A stretch of 64,000 nucleotides of DNA from Bdellovibrionota bacterium (GTDB lineage Bacteria > Bdellovibrionota > UBA2394), in NCBI GenBank assembly GCA_044351695.1, contig JBILFF010000001.1, positions 2,400 through 66,399 of the forward strand, in the 5' to 3' direction. Below are positions 1 to 10,757 of the stretch, piece by piece. The notes below the pieces were generated by a model, which made no database searches, had not been told where the DNA came from, and saw only the letters and a program-made list of their open reading frames with translations. A program made the translations under genes and the position numbers. Within the stretch, counting starts at the first letter, position 1, and every line of letters starts with the position of its first letter.

Positions 1-443
1 TACAAGTTTGTGGGATTGCTGTACGCCTTGAGCGGCTTCAAGAAGTCGATCATGTCTTTAAAGTGCCTAGTCGTATCAACTCGACTTGGGGGGGAAACAT
101 TGTGGATATGGTTCGCTCTCATCAGTACATGCGCATCATCAAAGAAGAAAACCTGCTGCAACATGTGAGCCAACTTGGAGAGAAAATGCTTTCTGAGTTC
201 GTCAAGCTCTCGCACGAAGATGAGCGCGTCACAAATGCTCGAGGTCGTGGATTTTTAATGGCATTTGATATGCCCACACCAGATCAGCGTGACCGCCTCA
301 TTGATAAGCTTTGGGATCAGGGGCTTTTGATTCTGAAGAGCGGTAAGCGAACGATTCGAGTGCGCCCTGTTCTTGATCTTAAAGAAGACGAGGCGATGGA
401 AGGTCTGCAGATTCTTCGTAAAACTTTAAAAGAATTCCGTTAA
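1..443 (+). CDS. class-III (PLP-dependent) aminotransferase, C-terminal part (5' end outside window); possibly L-lysine epsilon-aminotransferase given the downstream ALDH7-type gene
   Basis: Reading frame is open from position 3 with no upstream stop. C-terminal sequence (…GRGFLMAFDMPT…DQGLLILKSGKRTIRVRPVL…) resembles class-III aminotransferase C-terminal domains. The stop is 10 nt before the next gene with RBS-like 'aaggagg'. Confidence 0.55.
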   Translation, partial: QVCGIAVRLERLQEVDHVFKVPSRINSTWGGNIVDMVRSHQYMRIIKEENLLQHVSQLGEKMLSEFVKLSHEDERVTNARGRGFLMAFDMPTPDQRDRLIDKLWDQGLLILKSGKRTIRVRPVLDLKEDEAMEGLQILRKTLKEFR

Positions 444-452
444 GGAGGTCTC

Positions 453-2057
453 ATGCATTCTCTACTTTCGGCCAAGACCAGTGCTTATGGCCCACAAATT
501 CAAGGCGCCCACTGGATTGACGGAAAATCAATGAGTGGAAGCAAAAATTTTGATTCGATCAACAGTTCTGATCACTCTGATCTTGTCGGAAGCTTTCCGA
601 TGGCAGGCAGTGAAGAGTGTCGAGCGGCAGCCGCAGCGGCTCGAAAGGCTTTCTTGAATTGGAAGAAAGTACCGGCTCCGATTCGCGGAAATGCGATAGG
701 AAGATTGGCGCGAGTTCTGGAGCGCGAGAAAGAAAATTTAGCTGCCATCATCACACGAGAAATTGGAAAGCCTTACCGGGAGTCTCTGGGAGAAGTACAA
801 GAGGCCATTGATACAGCGCAGTTTTTTCAGTCTGAAGGTCGTCGACTGTATGGGCAGACCGTCCCTTCGGAGTTGCCAAACAAGGAGCTCTTCACTTACC
901 GCCGCCCTTTGGGCGTTTGTCTGATGATCACGGCCAGCAACTTTCCGTTTGCCGTTCCTTCTTGGAAGTTGATTCCGGCGCTTCTGTGCGGAAACACTGT
1001 CATCTGGAAGCCCTCCACAGATGCGCCCGCCACCGCGATGGCCTTTGCTCTGTGCTTTCATGAAGCGGGCTTTCCTAATGGCGTGGTGAATCTTATCTTT
1101 GGCGGCACAGAGACGGGCGAGGAACTTCTTAAGTTGGTTGAAGCAGGGGAGATTCAAAAGGTCTCCTTTACCGGCAGCACCAAGGTGGGTCGTCGAATCG
1201 GCGAGATTTGCGGTCGAGCGATTCAAACCCCCTCGCTTGAGCTGGGCGGAAAAAATCCTCTCATCATCCACAAAGATGCTTTGATTGAAAAAGCGATTCC
1301 AACTTCGATCGTCTCTAGCTTCGGTACTGGTGGCCAGCGGTGTACTTCTACCGGCAATATTTTAATTCATGAAGCCGTTTACGAAAAATTCAAGGCTGCT
1401 TTTTTAGAGGCTGCTCAAAGAATCAAAATCGGAAATCCCATTAAGTTCAAAGACGTTCTCTATGGCCCGTTGTTTTCAGAACGCTATCTGACCACCTTTT
1501 TAGAGCACCTGGACTGGGGCAAAAAAGAGGGTGCGAAACTGCTTTTGGGATCGGGACGTATTACTTCAAAGAATCCTTACCCTCATTTTTCAGGCGATCC
1601 CGATGCGGGCTGGTATGTGACTCCTACAATATGGGAAGACGTCACCCCCTCGCATCGCCTATTTAAAGAAGAAATTTTTGGCCCGAGCATTAATTTGGTA
1701 AAAGTGAAAAGCCTCGAAGAAGCCCTTCAATTTGCTAATGCTCATGAGTACGGGCTTTCATCCGCCATCTTTACTGAAGATCCAAGAGCGATGCTTTATT
1801 TTAAAGAAAATATTGAAGCCGGTATGAGCAGCATCAACAATTCTACGACGGGTGCTGAAGCCCATCTACCTTTTGGAGGAACAAAGGCCAGTGGCAATGG
1901 GACGCGCGAAAGTGGGATTTGGGTGCTCGACAGCTACACTCGATGGCATGCCGTCAATGTGGATCTCGCTACTCAGCTACAGCTCGCTCAAATGGACGTC
2001 GATCACGGACATTCACGCGAAGCTGTTTCATTTGAGAGTTGGACTCGGTCTTCTTGA
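453..2057 (+). CDS. aldehyde dehydrogenase, ALDH7 / alpha-aminoadipic-semialdehyde (piperideine-6-carboxylate) dehydrogenase-like
   Basis: ALDH hallmark motifs ELGGKNP and FGTGGQRCTS (catalytic Cys); GTRESG near the C-terminus; overall resemblance to the ALDH7A1 family as I recall it (GQTVPSE, FTGST-VG); 534 aa. Confidence 0.75.
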   Translation: MHSLLSAKTSAYGPQIQGAHWIDGKSMSGSKNFDSINSSDHSDLVGSFPMAGSEECRAAAAAARKAFLNWKKVPAPIRGNAIGRLARVLEREKENLAAIITREIGKPYRESLGEVQEAIDTAQFFQSEGRRLYGQTVPSELPNKELFTYRRPLGVCLMITASNFPFAVPSWKLIPALLCGNTVIWKPSTDAPATAMAFALCFHEAGFPNGVVNLIFGGTETGEELLKLVEAGEIQKVSFTGSTKVGRRIGEICGRAIQTPSLELGGKNPLIIHKDALIEKAIPTSIVSSFGTGGQRCTSTGNILIHEAVYEKFKAAFLEAAQRIKIGNPIKFKDVLYGPLFSERYLTTFLEHLDWGKKEGAKLLLGSGRITSKNPYPHFSGDPDAGWYVTPTIWEDVTPSHRLFKEEIFGPSINLVKVKSLEEALQFANAHEYGLSSAIFTEDPRAMLYFKENIEAGMSSINNSTTGAEAHLPFGGTKASGNGTRESGIWVLDSYTRWHAVNVDLATQLQLAQMDVDHGHSREAVSFESWTRSS

Positions 2058-3839
2058 AAGAAGACCAAGGCCCTGGGCACATGAACGCACCAGACTGAGT
2101 ATCCGTGGCAAATGAGGGCTTCCCCAAAAGTCTCGCGCATAGACACTCACCTTTTGATCAGACTTTGGATCCGAGCTAATGACGAGTTTTGAATAAAGAT
2201 CTGGTCCTAGGAACTGGTTGAGCAAATCTAAGTCAGCTTTCTCTATCGTCTGAGCCTGGCGAAACAAGTTGAACAAAAGATAACTCGCAAAGAGCTGGGC
2301 CCGCGCCTCATCTAATCGGTGAGTCGGATGGTCGCCCTCCGTCGAACCCGATTGTTTGGTAAGAATTCGAACCCTCGACAAAAAAAGAATCATTTTCTTC
2401 GGCAATGTAAGAAGCGAGTTTTGAGGATCCTCTGAAATCGCTAACATTTCTGAGCGCAGAAGTTGTCGATGAGCCCCAGGAACATAGGCCAAAAGATTGA
2501 TCATCTCAGAAAAGCTCGGCTGCATCGCAACAAAGTAGGCAACGCTATCCATCATCGCGTTCCACTTTGCTTCTTTCATGTCTAGCGTTGGAAACACCTC
2601 AAAAAAAGCCAGCTTTAAAAAGCTCTTGGGGTCCTCGGCTTTCAGCAATCGCTCGCGCGCTGTTTTCTCTATGGCCCGAACCATCGAGTACCGATCCCCA
2701 AACAAAGTTGCCGGATCATAAGGAAAGCTCTCGATCTGTTCAAACAACCGGCCCATTGAGTAGGGCTCGCGCGTTCTATAAGACGCGCTTAAACTGATTT
2801 CATCGAGGTGCTCGATTTGCCTTCGCATTAATCGCTCTGGATATTCAAGCACTCGATAAACGCCAAACGGGCTGTAAGATCCCCGCGCTGCCTCCTGAAG
2901 AATCGCAATGTACCTTAAGAACAACCCAGAAATCAGCTCTCGATTCCAAACATCATCTCCTGAAAGAAGGCTTGCAAGGTCCTCTAAAATCAACAGGGTC
3001 TCTTGTTCGGACTTGAAGTGATCGTGAGAGGCTAGAATAGAAATCAGAGCAGTCGTCTCTAGATCTAAATTCTGCCCCAGTAAAAATCGACCAAGCTTTC
3101 TCTGATGAGGAGAACTGGAGTTCTTCATTTTCTGAAACGCGAGAAGAAGCAGCTGGTCAAAAAAATCTTGTCGAGCTGAAACGGGGTCCTTCACACGACT
3201 CAAAAGGCCAACAAGCTGACGCAAGTCTTCTTTGTTGGGACCTTTTTTAAAAAAATCATCTAGACCATCTTTTGCGAGCGAAGCAGTGAACTCGGCCCAT
3301 TCTTCGCGCCTTGGAAAGTCGGACTCACTCAAAAGCTTAGAGTAGTCTGAAGAAACATGAAGTCCTGTTCGAAGAAATCGATAAAAAAGGCTGCGGTAGG
3401 CGCGAAAACTGAGCTTATCGAAAGCTTTTCCGAACTTGTGCCCCGTAGCCTGTTCAAACTTTCTTCGGAGACCAAAAAGCTTCTTTGTCCCCTCCTGGCT
3501 AAATCGCAGCTCTGGATTCAATTGAAGGCTGATCTCAAGATGAGAAAACGCCCAGCCCGCTAATTCGGCGATTTGATCGGGCGAGAGATCTTCTTGAAAA
3601 ATACTGTTATAAAAAGAAATGATGTCGCTTTCATTAGAAAATCTTATCAAAAGCAATCGGCGCTTCACCGAGCTTCTAAATTCTTGTTGGCCCTCTGGCG
3701 AATCGCTTACCCACTTTTGGAGCGCACTTCGATAAGCATCGGATGGATGAGCCAGCGCGGCGCTGCAGTAAACAAAACCAAACAACCCCAGAGCAAAGCC
3801 CAAGACGATTGAAAAACTTTTTAAACGTAAATCTCGCAT
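2028..3839 (-). CDS. hypothetical exported protein (N-terminal signal peptide)
   Basis: 603-aa ORF; N-terminus MRDLRLKSFSIVLGFALGLFGFVYCSAALA looks like a Sec signal peptide; no recognisable domain. Confidence 0.5.
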   Translation of the reverse strand: MRDLRLKSFSIVLGFALGLFGFVYCSAALAHPSDAYRSALQKWVSDSPEGQQEFRSSVKRRLLLIRFSNESDIISFYNSIFQEDLSPDQIAELAGWAFSHLEISLQLNPELRFSQEGTKKLFGLRRKFEQATGHKFGKAFDKLSFRAYRSLFYRFLRTGLHVSSDYSKLLSESDFPRREEWAEFTASLAKDGLDDFFKKGPNKEDLRQLVGLLSRVKDPVSARQDFFDQLLLLAFQKMKNSSSPHQRKLGRFLLGQNLDLETTALISILASHDHFKSEQETLLILEDLASLLSGDDVWNRELISGLFLRYIAILQEAARGSYSPFGVYRVLEYPERLMRRQIEHLDEISLSASYRTREPYSMGRLFEQIESFPYDPATLFGDRYSMVRAIEKTARERLLKAEDPKSFLKLAFFEVFPTLDMKEAKWNAMMDSVAYFVAMQPSFSEMINLLAYVPGAHRQLLRSEMLAISEDPQNSLLTLPKKMILFLSRVRILTKQSGSTEGDHPTHRLDEARAQLFASYLLFNLFRQAQTIEKADLDLLNQFLGPDLYSKLVISSDPKSDQKVSVYARDFWGSPHLPRILSLVRSCAQGLGLLSRRPSPTLK

Positions 3840-3893
3840 TCTCTATGACCTACTGAGGGCTTCGACACGGGTCAAGAAAGCCCTCCCTCTTGA

Positions 3894-4718
3894 TCATCGC
3901 TTCACCAGCGGCACATACGAATCCCCGCTCTTCAGATACAGGGCCTTGTCGGTCAAAACGTAAGCGATAGACTGGTCGCCGACAATGCCGAGCGGTGCGA
4001 TCTGCGCGCACGCTCGACCACTCTCGATCAACGCCTGCGTCGATTCCCATCGAAGCGAGAGAAGAGCTCCATCAGCTCTCACAATCCGGTAATTCAGATT
4101 TCCTTCGCAGCCAGGCAACCGCACATCCACCGTCATGACCTCTCCTCGGATTTCAACATCCGCGCGATCTAACAGAACAGGATCAGCGCCCTGTGTTTGA
4201 TTTGTTTTTTGAGCCACTTGATACTTACCTTCGATTTTTTTTAAGTCGCCAAATCGCTGCTCCAGAGTCTCAAACGATGGACTGCCCGACCGATACTCAA
4301 CAGCCCAGAGGCTGCCCGCATTTGCATTGTAAGTGATCGAATACAGATAGGCCAAGCGCTCCGCTTCGGAATTAAAAGTGAATCCCGCTGGACTCGCTAC
4401 TGTTGCCGCGCTCGGTTGCGACTTTGCAATATGATCGAATCTTAAAACAGGGCCACTCGCCGGGGGGGTTTTATTGTCCTCAACACGTCGAGTAATTTCT
4501 CGATTCTCAGATTGAGCAGACGAAGTCGAAGGTTTCGAAGCACTCGAGGTCATCGTCGATCCCTGGCCCTTCTTTTGGTCGCGAAACTGATCAATTTTTT
4601 CGCGAGTTGCGGCCTCCTCTTTTGGGTTCAGATTTTCTTTGCCTCGAGAAGGGCTCCCATCACTGCAAGCCCAAGACATGGCGCTGACCAAAACCAAAAA
4701 ACCAATTGAATTTCTCAT
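3894..4718 (-). CDS. hypothetical lipoprotein
   Basis: ORF with internal start MRNSIGFLVLVSAMSWAC (signal peptide plus lipobox Cys); Ser/Thr-rich linker. Confidence 0.45.
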   Translation of the reverse strand: MRNSIGFLVLVSAMSWACSDGSPSRGKENLNPKEEAATREKIDQFRDQKKGQGSTMTSSASKPSTSSAQSENREITRRVEDNKTPPASGPVLRFDHIAKSQPSAATVASPAGFTFNSEAERLAYLYSITYNANAGSLWAVEYRSGSPSFETLEQRFGDLKKIEGKYQVAQKTNQTQGADPVLLDRADVEIRGEVMTVDVRLPGCEGNLNYRIVRADGALLSLRWESTQALIESGRACAQIAPLGIVGDQSIAYVLTDKALYLKSGDSYVPLVKR

Positions 4719-4803
4719 GACTTCTCCCAATCCTTTGGGAGATCTCTTAGCAGCGGTTTCAGGCCCTCACAAGACCCCGAGAAAGCTGAGCCCCTTCGAG
4801 GCC

Positions 4804-6459
4804 TTACCTCAATAGCTGGAAGCGACCATTGCGAACGGTAAGGACCTGCGGCTCTTTTCGAATCTGCTGCGCCTCCGAAAACATCTGCCCTGTTACCCCA
4901 TCGAATCCCGACAGGCGGCTCAAACTTTCACGCAAGCCTTCTCTAGAAACAGCTGATCGCGAGTTGCCTCGCAAAAGAGAAATCATCATCGCCCCCACAT
5001 CAAAAGCCTCGGCCGCGATCTTTGAGGGCTTGGTGCCCGTCAGCTCTTCGTAGCGGTTCACAAACAAGCGCGTTTTAAAATCTTGAGAGCTCTCAAAAAA
5101 ACTATCCGTGAAAATCAAACCCTCGGCAGAATCTTGGGCTCGCTCTAACAATTTTGGCGAATGAAAACCCGAAAGCCCCACGACCTGGACTCCGTAGATT
5201 TTTAAGAAGGGGAGGGTGGGCAGAAGATAACCCCCTGCATCTGCAAAATCAGGCACGAATAAGACTTCGAAATCCAAGACCGGATTCAAATCGTTGATGC
5301 TCTTCACACAACCCTCAAGCACCCGGTTCTTAGGACACACCTCATCGACTCGCGCACGAGGAACATCGAGTCGAGTCATCTCTTTTAGAGGATCTTTAAA
5401 GTCAGTAGTCTCTGGCGCATAAACCTTCGCATGTTTAATCTCGAGACCTTCGCGAGTGAAGGACTCTTTTGCAATCTTTGCCGCATCCCACCCATAGTCA
5501 TTCTCAGGAAACATCATCGCGACCCGTTTTGCTCCCAGATCCGTACGAATAAATTTCGCTAGACGATTGATTTGGTCGCGCAGCGTAAGAGCCGATCGAA
5601 AGCTATAACTGCCATACATGGTTAAATTTTCTCTGGGAGCGAGAGAGATGACCGGCACTTTCATCAGTTCAGCACGTTCAAACACAAATTGACTCGCTGC
5701 TGTCGTGACGGGGCCAATCACCGCCAAGACGTTTTCATCATTCACCAGTTTATTGAGGGCGGCTTGAAGGCTGTCGTTGCCCGATCCGCTATCTACAAAT
5801 ACAAACTGAAGACCCTCAGAGGCCGCGAACCCAGAGAGCGTTTGAAGCGCATCCATCACTTCTTTGCCATAATTTTTGAGCTCTCCCGTTAAGGGAATCA
5901 AAACGCCCAGCTTTCCGGAGCTCATGGTTTCAGAAGTGGTGCCCACCTGAAGCAACTCTTGCGCCTGCGCGTAGAGACCCGAATAAGGCTCATCTTGAAT
6001 CGCTTTTAAATAAGAGATCGCGCTGTCGATGGTGCTTTCGCGCAGAGCGCTGAGATAAAGATAATAATTCGCCGTATTCTTTCCGACTGCTGAACCAGCG
6101 CGCGCTAAAATTTTTTCAAGAGAGGCCCCACTCATCATCGGCTCCACAACGAAAGCCCGGAGGTCTTGCGACAACTCTCGTCCACGCTCCACACTCAAGC
6201 GATTTCGACGCTCGAAAATTTCGATCCACTGATCCAACCACAAAAAGTGCTGAATCCTCTCGTCCTCACGCTCAGAAGGATTTTCTCGGATAAATTTAAG
6301 GCCCTGCTCAAAAGCCTCAGCGCTCCCCTCACTGTTGGGACCCGCTGGTACTCCGACGGAAGCTCCGCCTGAGTCTCTCGTGGCACAAGAAAACAGAGCA
6401 AACGAGAGAAATAAAATCGACAGATGCCTTTGGCTGCAGAAATGAAAAAGTGGTCTCAC
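4804..6459 (-). CDS. lipoprotein with N-terminal helical/TPR-like region and C-terminal type-1 periplasmic binding-protein fold (LpoA-like or LivK-like)
   Basis: Lipobox (LFSCA); C-terminal half (…LGVLIPLTGELKNYGKEV…VIGPVTTAAS…) resembles PBP1 / branched-chain amino-acid-binding fold. Confidence 0.5.
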   Translation of the reverse strand: MRPLFHFCSQRHLSILFLSFALFSCATRDSGGASVGVPAGPNSEGSAEAFEQGLKFIRENPSEREDERIQHFLWLDQWIEIFERRNRLSVERGRELSQDLRAFVVEPMMSGASLEKILARAGSAVGKNTANYYLYLSALRESTIDSAISYLKAIQDEPYSGLYAQAQELLQVGTTSETMSSGKLGVLIPLTGELKNYGKEVMDALQTLSGFAASEGLQFVFVDSGSGNDSLQAALNKLVNDENVLAVIGPVTTAASQFVFERAELMKVPVISLAPRENLTMYGSYSFRSALTLRDQINRLAKFIRTDLGAKRVAMMFPENDYGWDAAKIAKESFTREGLEIKHAKVYAPETTDFKDPLKEMTRLDVPRARVDEVCPKNRVLEGCVKSINDLNPVLDFEVLFVPDFADAGGYLLPTLPFLKIYGVQVVGLSGFHSPKLLERAQDSAEGLIFTDSFFESSQDFKTRLFVNRYEELTGTKPSKIAAEAFDVGAMMISLLRGNSRSAVSREGLRESLSRLSGFDGVTGQMFSEAQQIRKEPQVLTVRNGRFQLLR

Positions 6460-6502
6460 TGGCTGAGTGTGAGAAAACTTTGAAGGATCATCAATTGAAT
6501 TT

Positions 6503-8320
6503 TTACTGTCCCGAGGAGATTTGTCCGTAGATGGCCTCAGCCAGTGCGTGTGCGGCGCTATTAAGCTCTTCTTTGGCCAGCTCTACGGCCGAAAGGTCAG
6601 CCGAGACCAAAGACTTCTTGGCCGCGGCGAGAGCATTAGACACCCTTTCGATGATTTCGGCACTCAGGCCGGTCTGAAATTCGTTGATCGACTTCTCGGA
6701 CGTAAAAATTAAAGTCTCCAGTTCGTTTTTGGTCTCAGCCAAAAGTTTTGCGGCCGCATCTTCGGCAGCATAATCTTGAGCCTCTACGATGATTCTTTGT
6801 ATCTGATCCTCTTGCAGCCCACTTGATGAACGAACCTTGATCGTTTGTTCTTTTCCTGTACCCAAATCTTGGGCTCGCACATTGACTATGCCGTTGGAGT
6901 CGATAGCGAACTCTACTTCGATCTGAGGAACCCCTCGAGGGGCTGGAGGAATATCAGTGAGTTCAAACTTTGCAAGACTCTTGTTGTGCGCGGCCATCTC
7001 GCGCTCTCCTTGCAGAACATGAACACTCACAAAATTTTGATTATCTTTGGCAGTCGTAAAGCTTTTCGATTTTTTTGTGGGAATCGTCGTGTTTCGCTCG
7101 ATAATTTTGGTAAAGACCCCGCCAGCCGTTTCAAGGCCAAGCGAAAGAGGAGTCACGTCAAGCAGCACGACATCATTGACCTCACCAGTCAAAATGCCGG
7201 CCTGAACACTCGCTCCGATGGCTACGACTTCGTCTGGGTTGAGAGAAGCATCTCCCTCTTTGCCAAAAATTTTCTTCACCCGCTCGCGAACAGCCGGCAT
7301 CCGAGTCATGCCCCCGACCAGTAAAACTTTGGCGATTTGGCTTGGAGCAACACCAGCATCCTTCAACGCGGTTTCGCAGGGGCCTACTAGTCGAACAAAA
7401 AGATCTTCGCAAAAATCTTCCATCGTCTTTCGATCTAAAGTCATCTTGAGGTGCTTGGGAGCACCAGAAACCGCTGTAATGAACGGCAGCTCCACCAACG
7501 TCGTATTTAACGACGAGAGCTCGTGTTTTGCTTTTTCGGCGGCCTCTTTGATTCGCTGCAGAGCGAGGGGATCTTTTTTTAGATCGATTCCCTCGGCTTC
7601 TTTGAACTGATCGATCAGATAGTTCATGATTCGATGATCAAAATCCTCTCCACCCAAAAAAGTGTCACCGTTTGTAGATTTGACCTCATAAACTCCGCTG
7701 GTGAGCTCAAGAATCGAGATATCGAATGTTCCGCCACCCAAATCAAAAACAGCAATTTTTTCAGAAACCTCAGAGGTTTGTCCGTAAGCCAGGGCAGCTG
7801 CAGTCGGCTCATTAAGGATTCGAAGCACATTTAAACCAGCAATTCGTCCCGCATCCTTTGTGGCCTGTCTTTGGGCATCATTGAAGTAGGCAGGAACAGT
7901 CACGACCGCATCGGTCACCTTTTGACCCAAATAGTCTTCGGCGATTTCTTTCATGCGAGCGAGTACCATGGACGAAATTTCACTCGGACTCATGGGCTTA
8001 TCAGCCACATCGACCCACGCATCGCCGTTGCTTGCGGGAACCACTTTGTAAGTCAACACTTCCTTAGATTTTGCAACCACCTCATCTTCAAAACGCCGTC
8101 CGATGAGGCGCTTCACGGCAAAGACAGTTCTTGAAGAATTAGTAACCGCTTGTCGCTTCGCAATCTGTCCGACGAGCCGCTCATTCGAAGCGGTGAAAGC
8201 CACGATCGACGGAGTCGTTCGAGCACCCTCGGAATTTGGAATCACCACGGGTCGTCCCGCCTCCATCACGCAAACACAAGAGTTGGTCGTACCCAAATCA
8301 ATTCCGATGACGTTTGCCAT
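6503..8320 (-). CDS. dnaK: molecular chaperone DnaK (Hsp70)
   Basis: N-terminus [20 protein letters not shown], and full-length Hsp70 similarity; 605 aa. Confidence 0.95.
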   Translation of the reverse strand: MANVIGIDLGTTNSCVCVMEAGRPVVIPNSEGARTTPSIVAFTASNERLVGQIAKRQAVTNSSRTVFAVKRLIGRRFEDEVVAKSKEVLTYKVVPASNGDAWVDVADKPMSPSEISSMVLARMKEIAEDYLGQKVTDAVVTVPAYFNDAQRQATKDAGRIAGLNVLRILNEPTAAALAYGQTSEVSEKIAVFDLGGGTFDISILELTSGVYEVKSTNGDTFLGGEDFDHRIMNYLIDQFKEAEGIDLKKDPLALQRIKEAAEKAKHELSSLNTTLVELPFITAVSGAPKHLKMTLDRKTMEDFCEDLFVRLVGPCETALKDAGVAPSQIAKVLLVGGMTRMPAVRERVKKIFGKEGDASLNPDEVVAIGASVQAGILTGEVNDVVLLDVTPLSLGLETAGGVFTKIIERNTTIPTKKSKSFTTAKDNQNFVSVHVLQGEREMAAHNKSLAKFELTDIPPAPRGVPQIEVEFAIDSNGIVNVRAQDLGTGKEQTIKVRSSSGLQEDQIQRIIVEAQDYAAEDAAAKLLAETKNELETLIFTSEKSINEFQTGLSAEIIERVSNALAAAKKSLVSADLSAVELAKEELNSAAHALAEAIYGQISSGQ

Positions 8321-8333
8321 TCGCTCTCCTTGA

Positions 8334-8981
8334 CTAGCCCTTTGTCGCGCGCGGGTCCGTCTCGCTGGACTTCACCACCACCACGCTGGCGGGTCGCAAA
8401 AGTCGATCCCCCCATTTGTAACCACAACGAAGCTCCTCCACGATCAGTCCGTCCGGCTTCGAAAAATCTTCGACCCGCGCCACGGCCTCGTGCACTGCGG
8501 GATTAAAAAACTCTCCCTCTGTCTTTACTCGCTCCAAGCCCTCTTGCTGCAACCAACTCTCGGCTTGAGAGAGAACCATGCGCATTCCCTCGGCCAGTGG
8601 GCCCATCAGTGAATCGGGCTGCTTGAGACCTCGACGAAGATTATCAATGATATCCAAAAAGCCGCGAAGAGCCTTCTCTTTGCCCTGGCGCTCCCATTCG
8701 CCCCGCTCTTTGAGAACTCGCTTTCTAAAATTATCAAAGTCTGCGGCGAGCTTCATAAAGGCTTCTCGCTCGACGTATTGCTTGAGATCAATCTTGGCAA
8801 CTCGCTTGCTATCGGTGGTGTCGTATTCGGGATTGCGCTCGATCGGACGAATCGCGGGCTCCTCAAAACCTGGCAGAGCCTGCTCGCCCGTACGGCTCGG
8901 CTCCTCAAAGGCGGCAATAGCTTCGCTGATGAGATCCTCTGTCTTTGAGCGCCCGCCCGACTGATCTTTTTTCTTGGTCAT
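8334..8981 (-). CDS. grpE: nucleotide exchange factor GrpE
   Basis: GrpE-type motif (DNFRKR…E), typical length (215 aa), 13 nt upstream of dnaK in the same orientation. Confidence 0.85.
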   Translation of the reverse strand: MTKKKDQSGGRSKTEDLISEAIAAFEEPSRTGEQALPGFEEPAIRPIERNPEYDTTDSKRVAKIDLKQYVEREAFMKLAADFDNFRKRVLKERGEWERQGKEKALRGFLDIIDNLRRGLKQPDSLMGPLAEGMRMVLSQAESWLQQEGLERVKTEGEFFNPAVHEAVARVEDFSKPDGLIVEELRCGYKWGDRLLRPASVVVVKSSETDPRATKG

Positions 8982-9023
8982 GACTTCTCTTATTGTATCA
9001 AAACGACAAAAAAGGGCGGGTTT

Positions 9024-10163
9024 TCAGCCTGGCAGCATTTGCAATGCAATTTGATCCATCAAAGGCCATGCTTCGACGCGAAGCCGACATCGATGCCCCG
9101 TCTTTTCAAAATATCTCTGAAGCTCGAGCATTGGCAAAATCCTCTCGCTTGAAATCTCTCGTCTGACTCGCAGATCCAGATAAAGACGCTCGATCTCTTG
9201 CTGCATGGCCGTCAAGCTTTCAGACCAAACGATACCAGACTCGCTAGCGAGCCAGAGCTTGGGGCTTCGCTCCATTTCAAATCGAATCCGTTGATCACTC
9301 TTCAGATAAAGGTAGCCATGAGCGCCCGGCCCAAAAGCCAAGTACTGAGAGTCTGGATTCCAGTAATTTGAATTATGAATCGCCTCTGCTCCCGGCCGGC
9401 AAAAATTTGAAAGCTCATAGTGGCGATAGCCATGAGAAACCGCCCACGAATCCATCGCCAAAAAATATTCAGACTGACGATCAAAATCAGGCAAAGTCTT
9501 TAGCATCTTGTCAGACTTTAACCACTTATGGTCATCGGAGAGACTCAAGAGATAGGCCGAAAAATGCGGGGGCGAAATTTTTTGCAATTCCTCGAGCTCG
9601 CTCTCAAGATCCTGGAGGCTCTGAGCCGGCACCCCCATCATTAAATCCAAGCTCCATCGATCGAAAACCTGATCGATGCTCTCAAGAGCGCTTTGAATTT
9701 TGCTCTCTGTCGATAAGCGCTCGAGCCTTTTGAGACTCTCGGCTCGAAAGCTCTGCACCCCCATCGACACCCGGTTAATCCCAAGATCTCGATAGGCTTG
9801 TAGAATCGTTTTCTCAACGTTTTCGGGGTTACACTCGATGGTAAACTCCTCTACCCGAGCCAATTCAAAATGCTTCTCTAAGACCGCCTTGAGGGACTCG
9901 AGTGAGCGCGGGCTCATGAGGCCGGGCGTCCCCCCTCCCAAATAGACTGTTCTCAGAGGAATTCGAGGGGATCGCTGGCGCTGAAAACTCATGTGTCGAT
10001 CGAGAGTTTGAATCCATCTTTCTTGCCAGTCTTGGCCCCAAAGTGATTCAAGAGTACGCTGACTGTAGACATTGAAGTCGCAATACGAACACACATGCTT
10101 GCAGCCCGGAAAATGAAGATACAGGAATTCGGGCGGAGATTTTAGATCGTGAAAAAAGAACAT
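9024..10163 (-). CDS. hemW: radical-SAM HemN-like protein (HemW / coproporphyrinogen-III oxidase-like)
   Basis: N-terminal LYLHFPGCKHVCSYCDF aligns with the radical-SAM CxxxCxxC motif of the HemW/HemN family. Start is placed at the internal Met (MFFFHDL…) because the longest ORF would overlap rlmE by about 100 nt. Confidence 0.7.
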   Translation of the reverse strand: MFFFHDLKSPPEFLYLHFPGCKHVCSYCDFNVYSQRTLESLWGQDWQERWIQTLDRHMSFQRQRSPRIPLRTVYLGGGTPGLMSPRSLESLKAVLEKHFELARVEEFTIECNPENVEKTILQAYRDLGINRVSMGVQSFRAESLKRLERLSTESKIQSALESIDQVFDRWSLDLMMGVPAQSLQDLESELEELQKISPPHFSAYLLSLSDDHKWLKSDKMLKTLPDFDRQSEYFLAMDSWAVSHGYRHYELSNFCRPGAEAIHNSNYWNPDSQYLAFGPGAHGYLYLKSDQRIRFEMERSPKLWLASESGIVWSESLTAMQQEIERLYLDLRVRREISSERILPMLELQRYFEKTGHRCRLRVEAWPLMDQIALQMLPG

Positions 10164-10748
10164 ATTAAAGACTTCTACTTTTATAAGGCCAAGCGAGAGA
10201 AATACTCTGCTCGAAGCGTCTATAAGCTCAAGAACATCCAAGACAAGTACCATCTTTTTTCGCGTGGCAATCGTGTTTTAGACCTGGGAGCGGCCCCCGG
10301 AAGCTGGTCTGAATACCTGATTGAGGAGTTGGGCAGAACGGGCACATTGATTGCGCTTGATCAAAAACCACTCTCTATGACCTGCCTCGGCAAAATTGAA
10401 AAAGTCGGCATCCAGTTTGAGTTTCTTCAACAATCGGTTTTTGATGATCTTCCCTCAAAGATCTCTCAGCTGGATGCGGTGGTGTCGGACCTTGCGCCCG
10501 CCACACAGGGCACAAAGCTAGTAGATCAGGCTGGCTCGCTGGCGCTGATTGCTCGGGCCTATGAAATCGCTGAAAAGCACCTCAAAAAGGGAGGCCATTT
10601 TGTAGTGAAGCTCTTTCAGTCTGAAGACACCGTAAAGCTCGCCAAATCGTGGGAGAAAAACTTTAAACTCGGCAAGCTCTACAAGCCGCCCGCGACGCAT
10701 AAAGAATCTAAAGAAATTTATTTTGTCGGATGTCACTGGCAAGCCTAA
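10149..10748 (+). CDS. rlmE: 23S rRNA (uridine2552-2'-O)-methyltransferase RlmE/FtsJ
   Basis: SAM-binding motif VLDLGAAPGSWSEY, KYSARSVYKL N-terminus, and VVKLFQ; about 200 aa as in FtsJ. Confidence 0.85.
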   Translation: MKKEHIKDFYFYKAKREKYSARSVYKLKNIQDKYHLFSRGNRVLDLGAAPGSWSEYLIEELGRTGTLIALDQKPLSMTCLGKIEKVGIQFEFLQQSVFDDLPSKISQLDAVVSDLAPATQGTKLVDQAGSLALIARAYEIAEKHLKKGGHFVVKLFQSEDTVKLAKSWEKNFKLGKLYKPPATHKESKEIYFVGCHWQA

Positions 10749-10757
10749 GATCGGACC

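Noticed and set aside
572-1284. Several 60-177-aa ORFs on both strands inside the ALDH gene
   Set aside because: They are embedded in a strongly supported conserved CDS, so these are overlapping-frame artefacts.
8982-9023. Search for a CIRCE/HrcA operator upstream of grpE-dnaK
   Set aside because: No TTAGCACTC-N9-GAGTGCTAA-like inverted repeat is present here or upstream of hemW.
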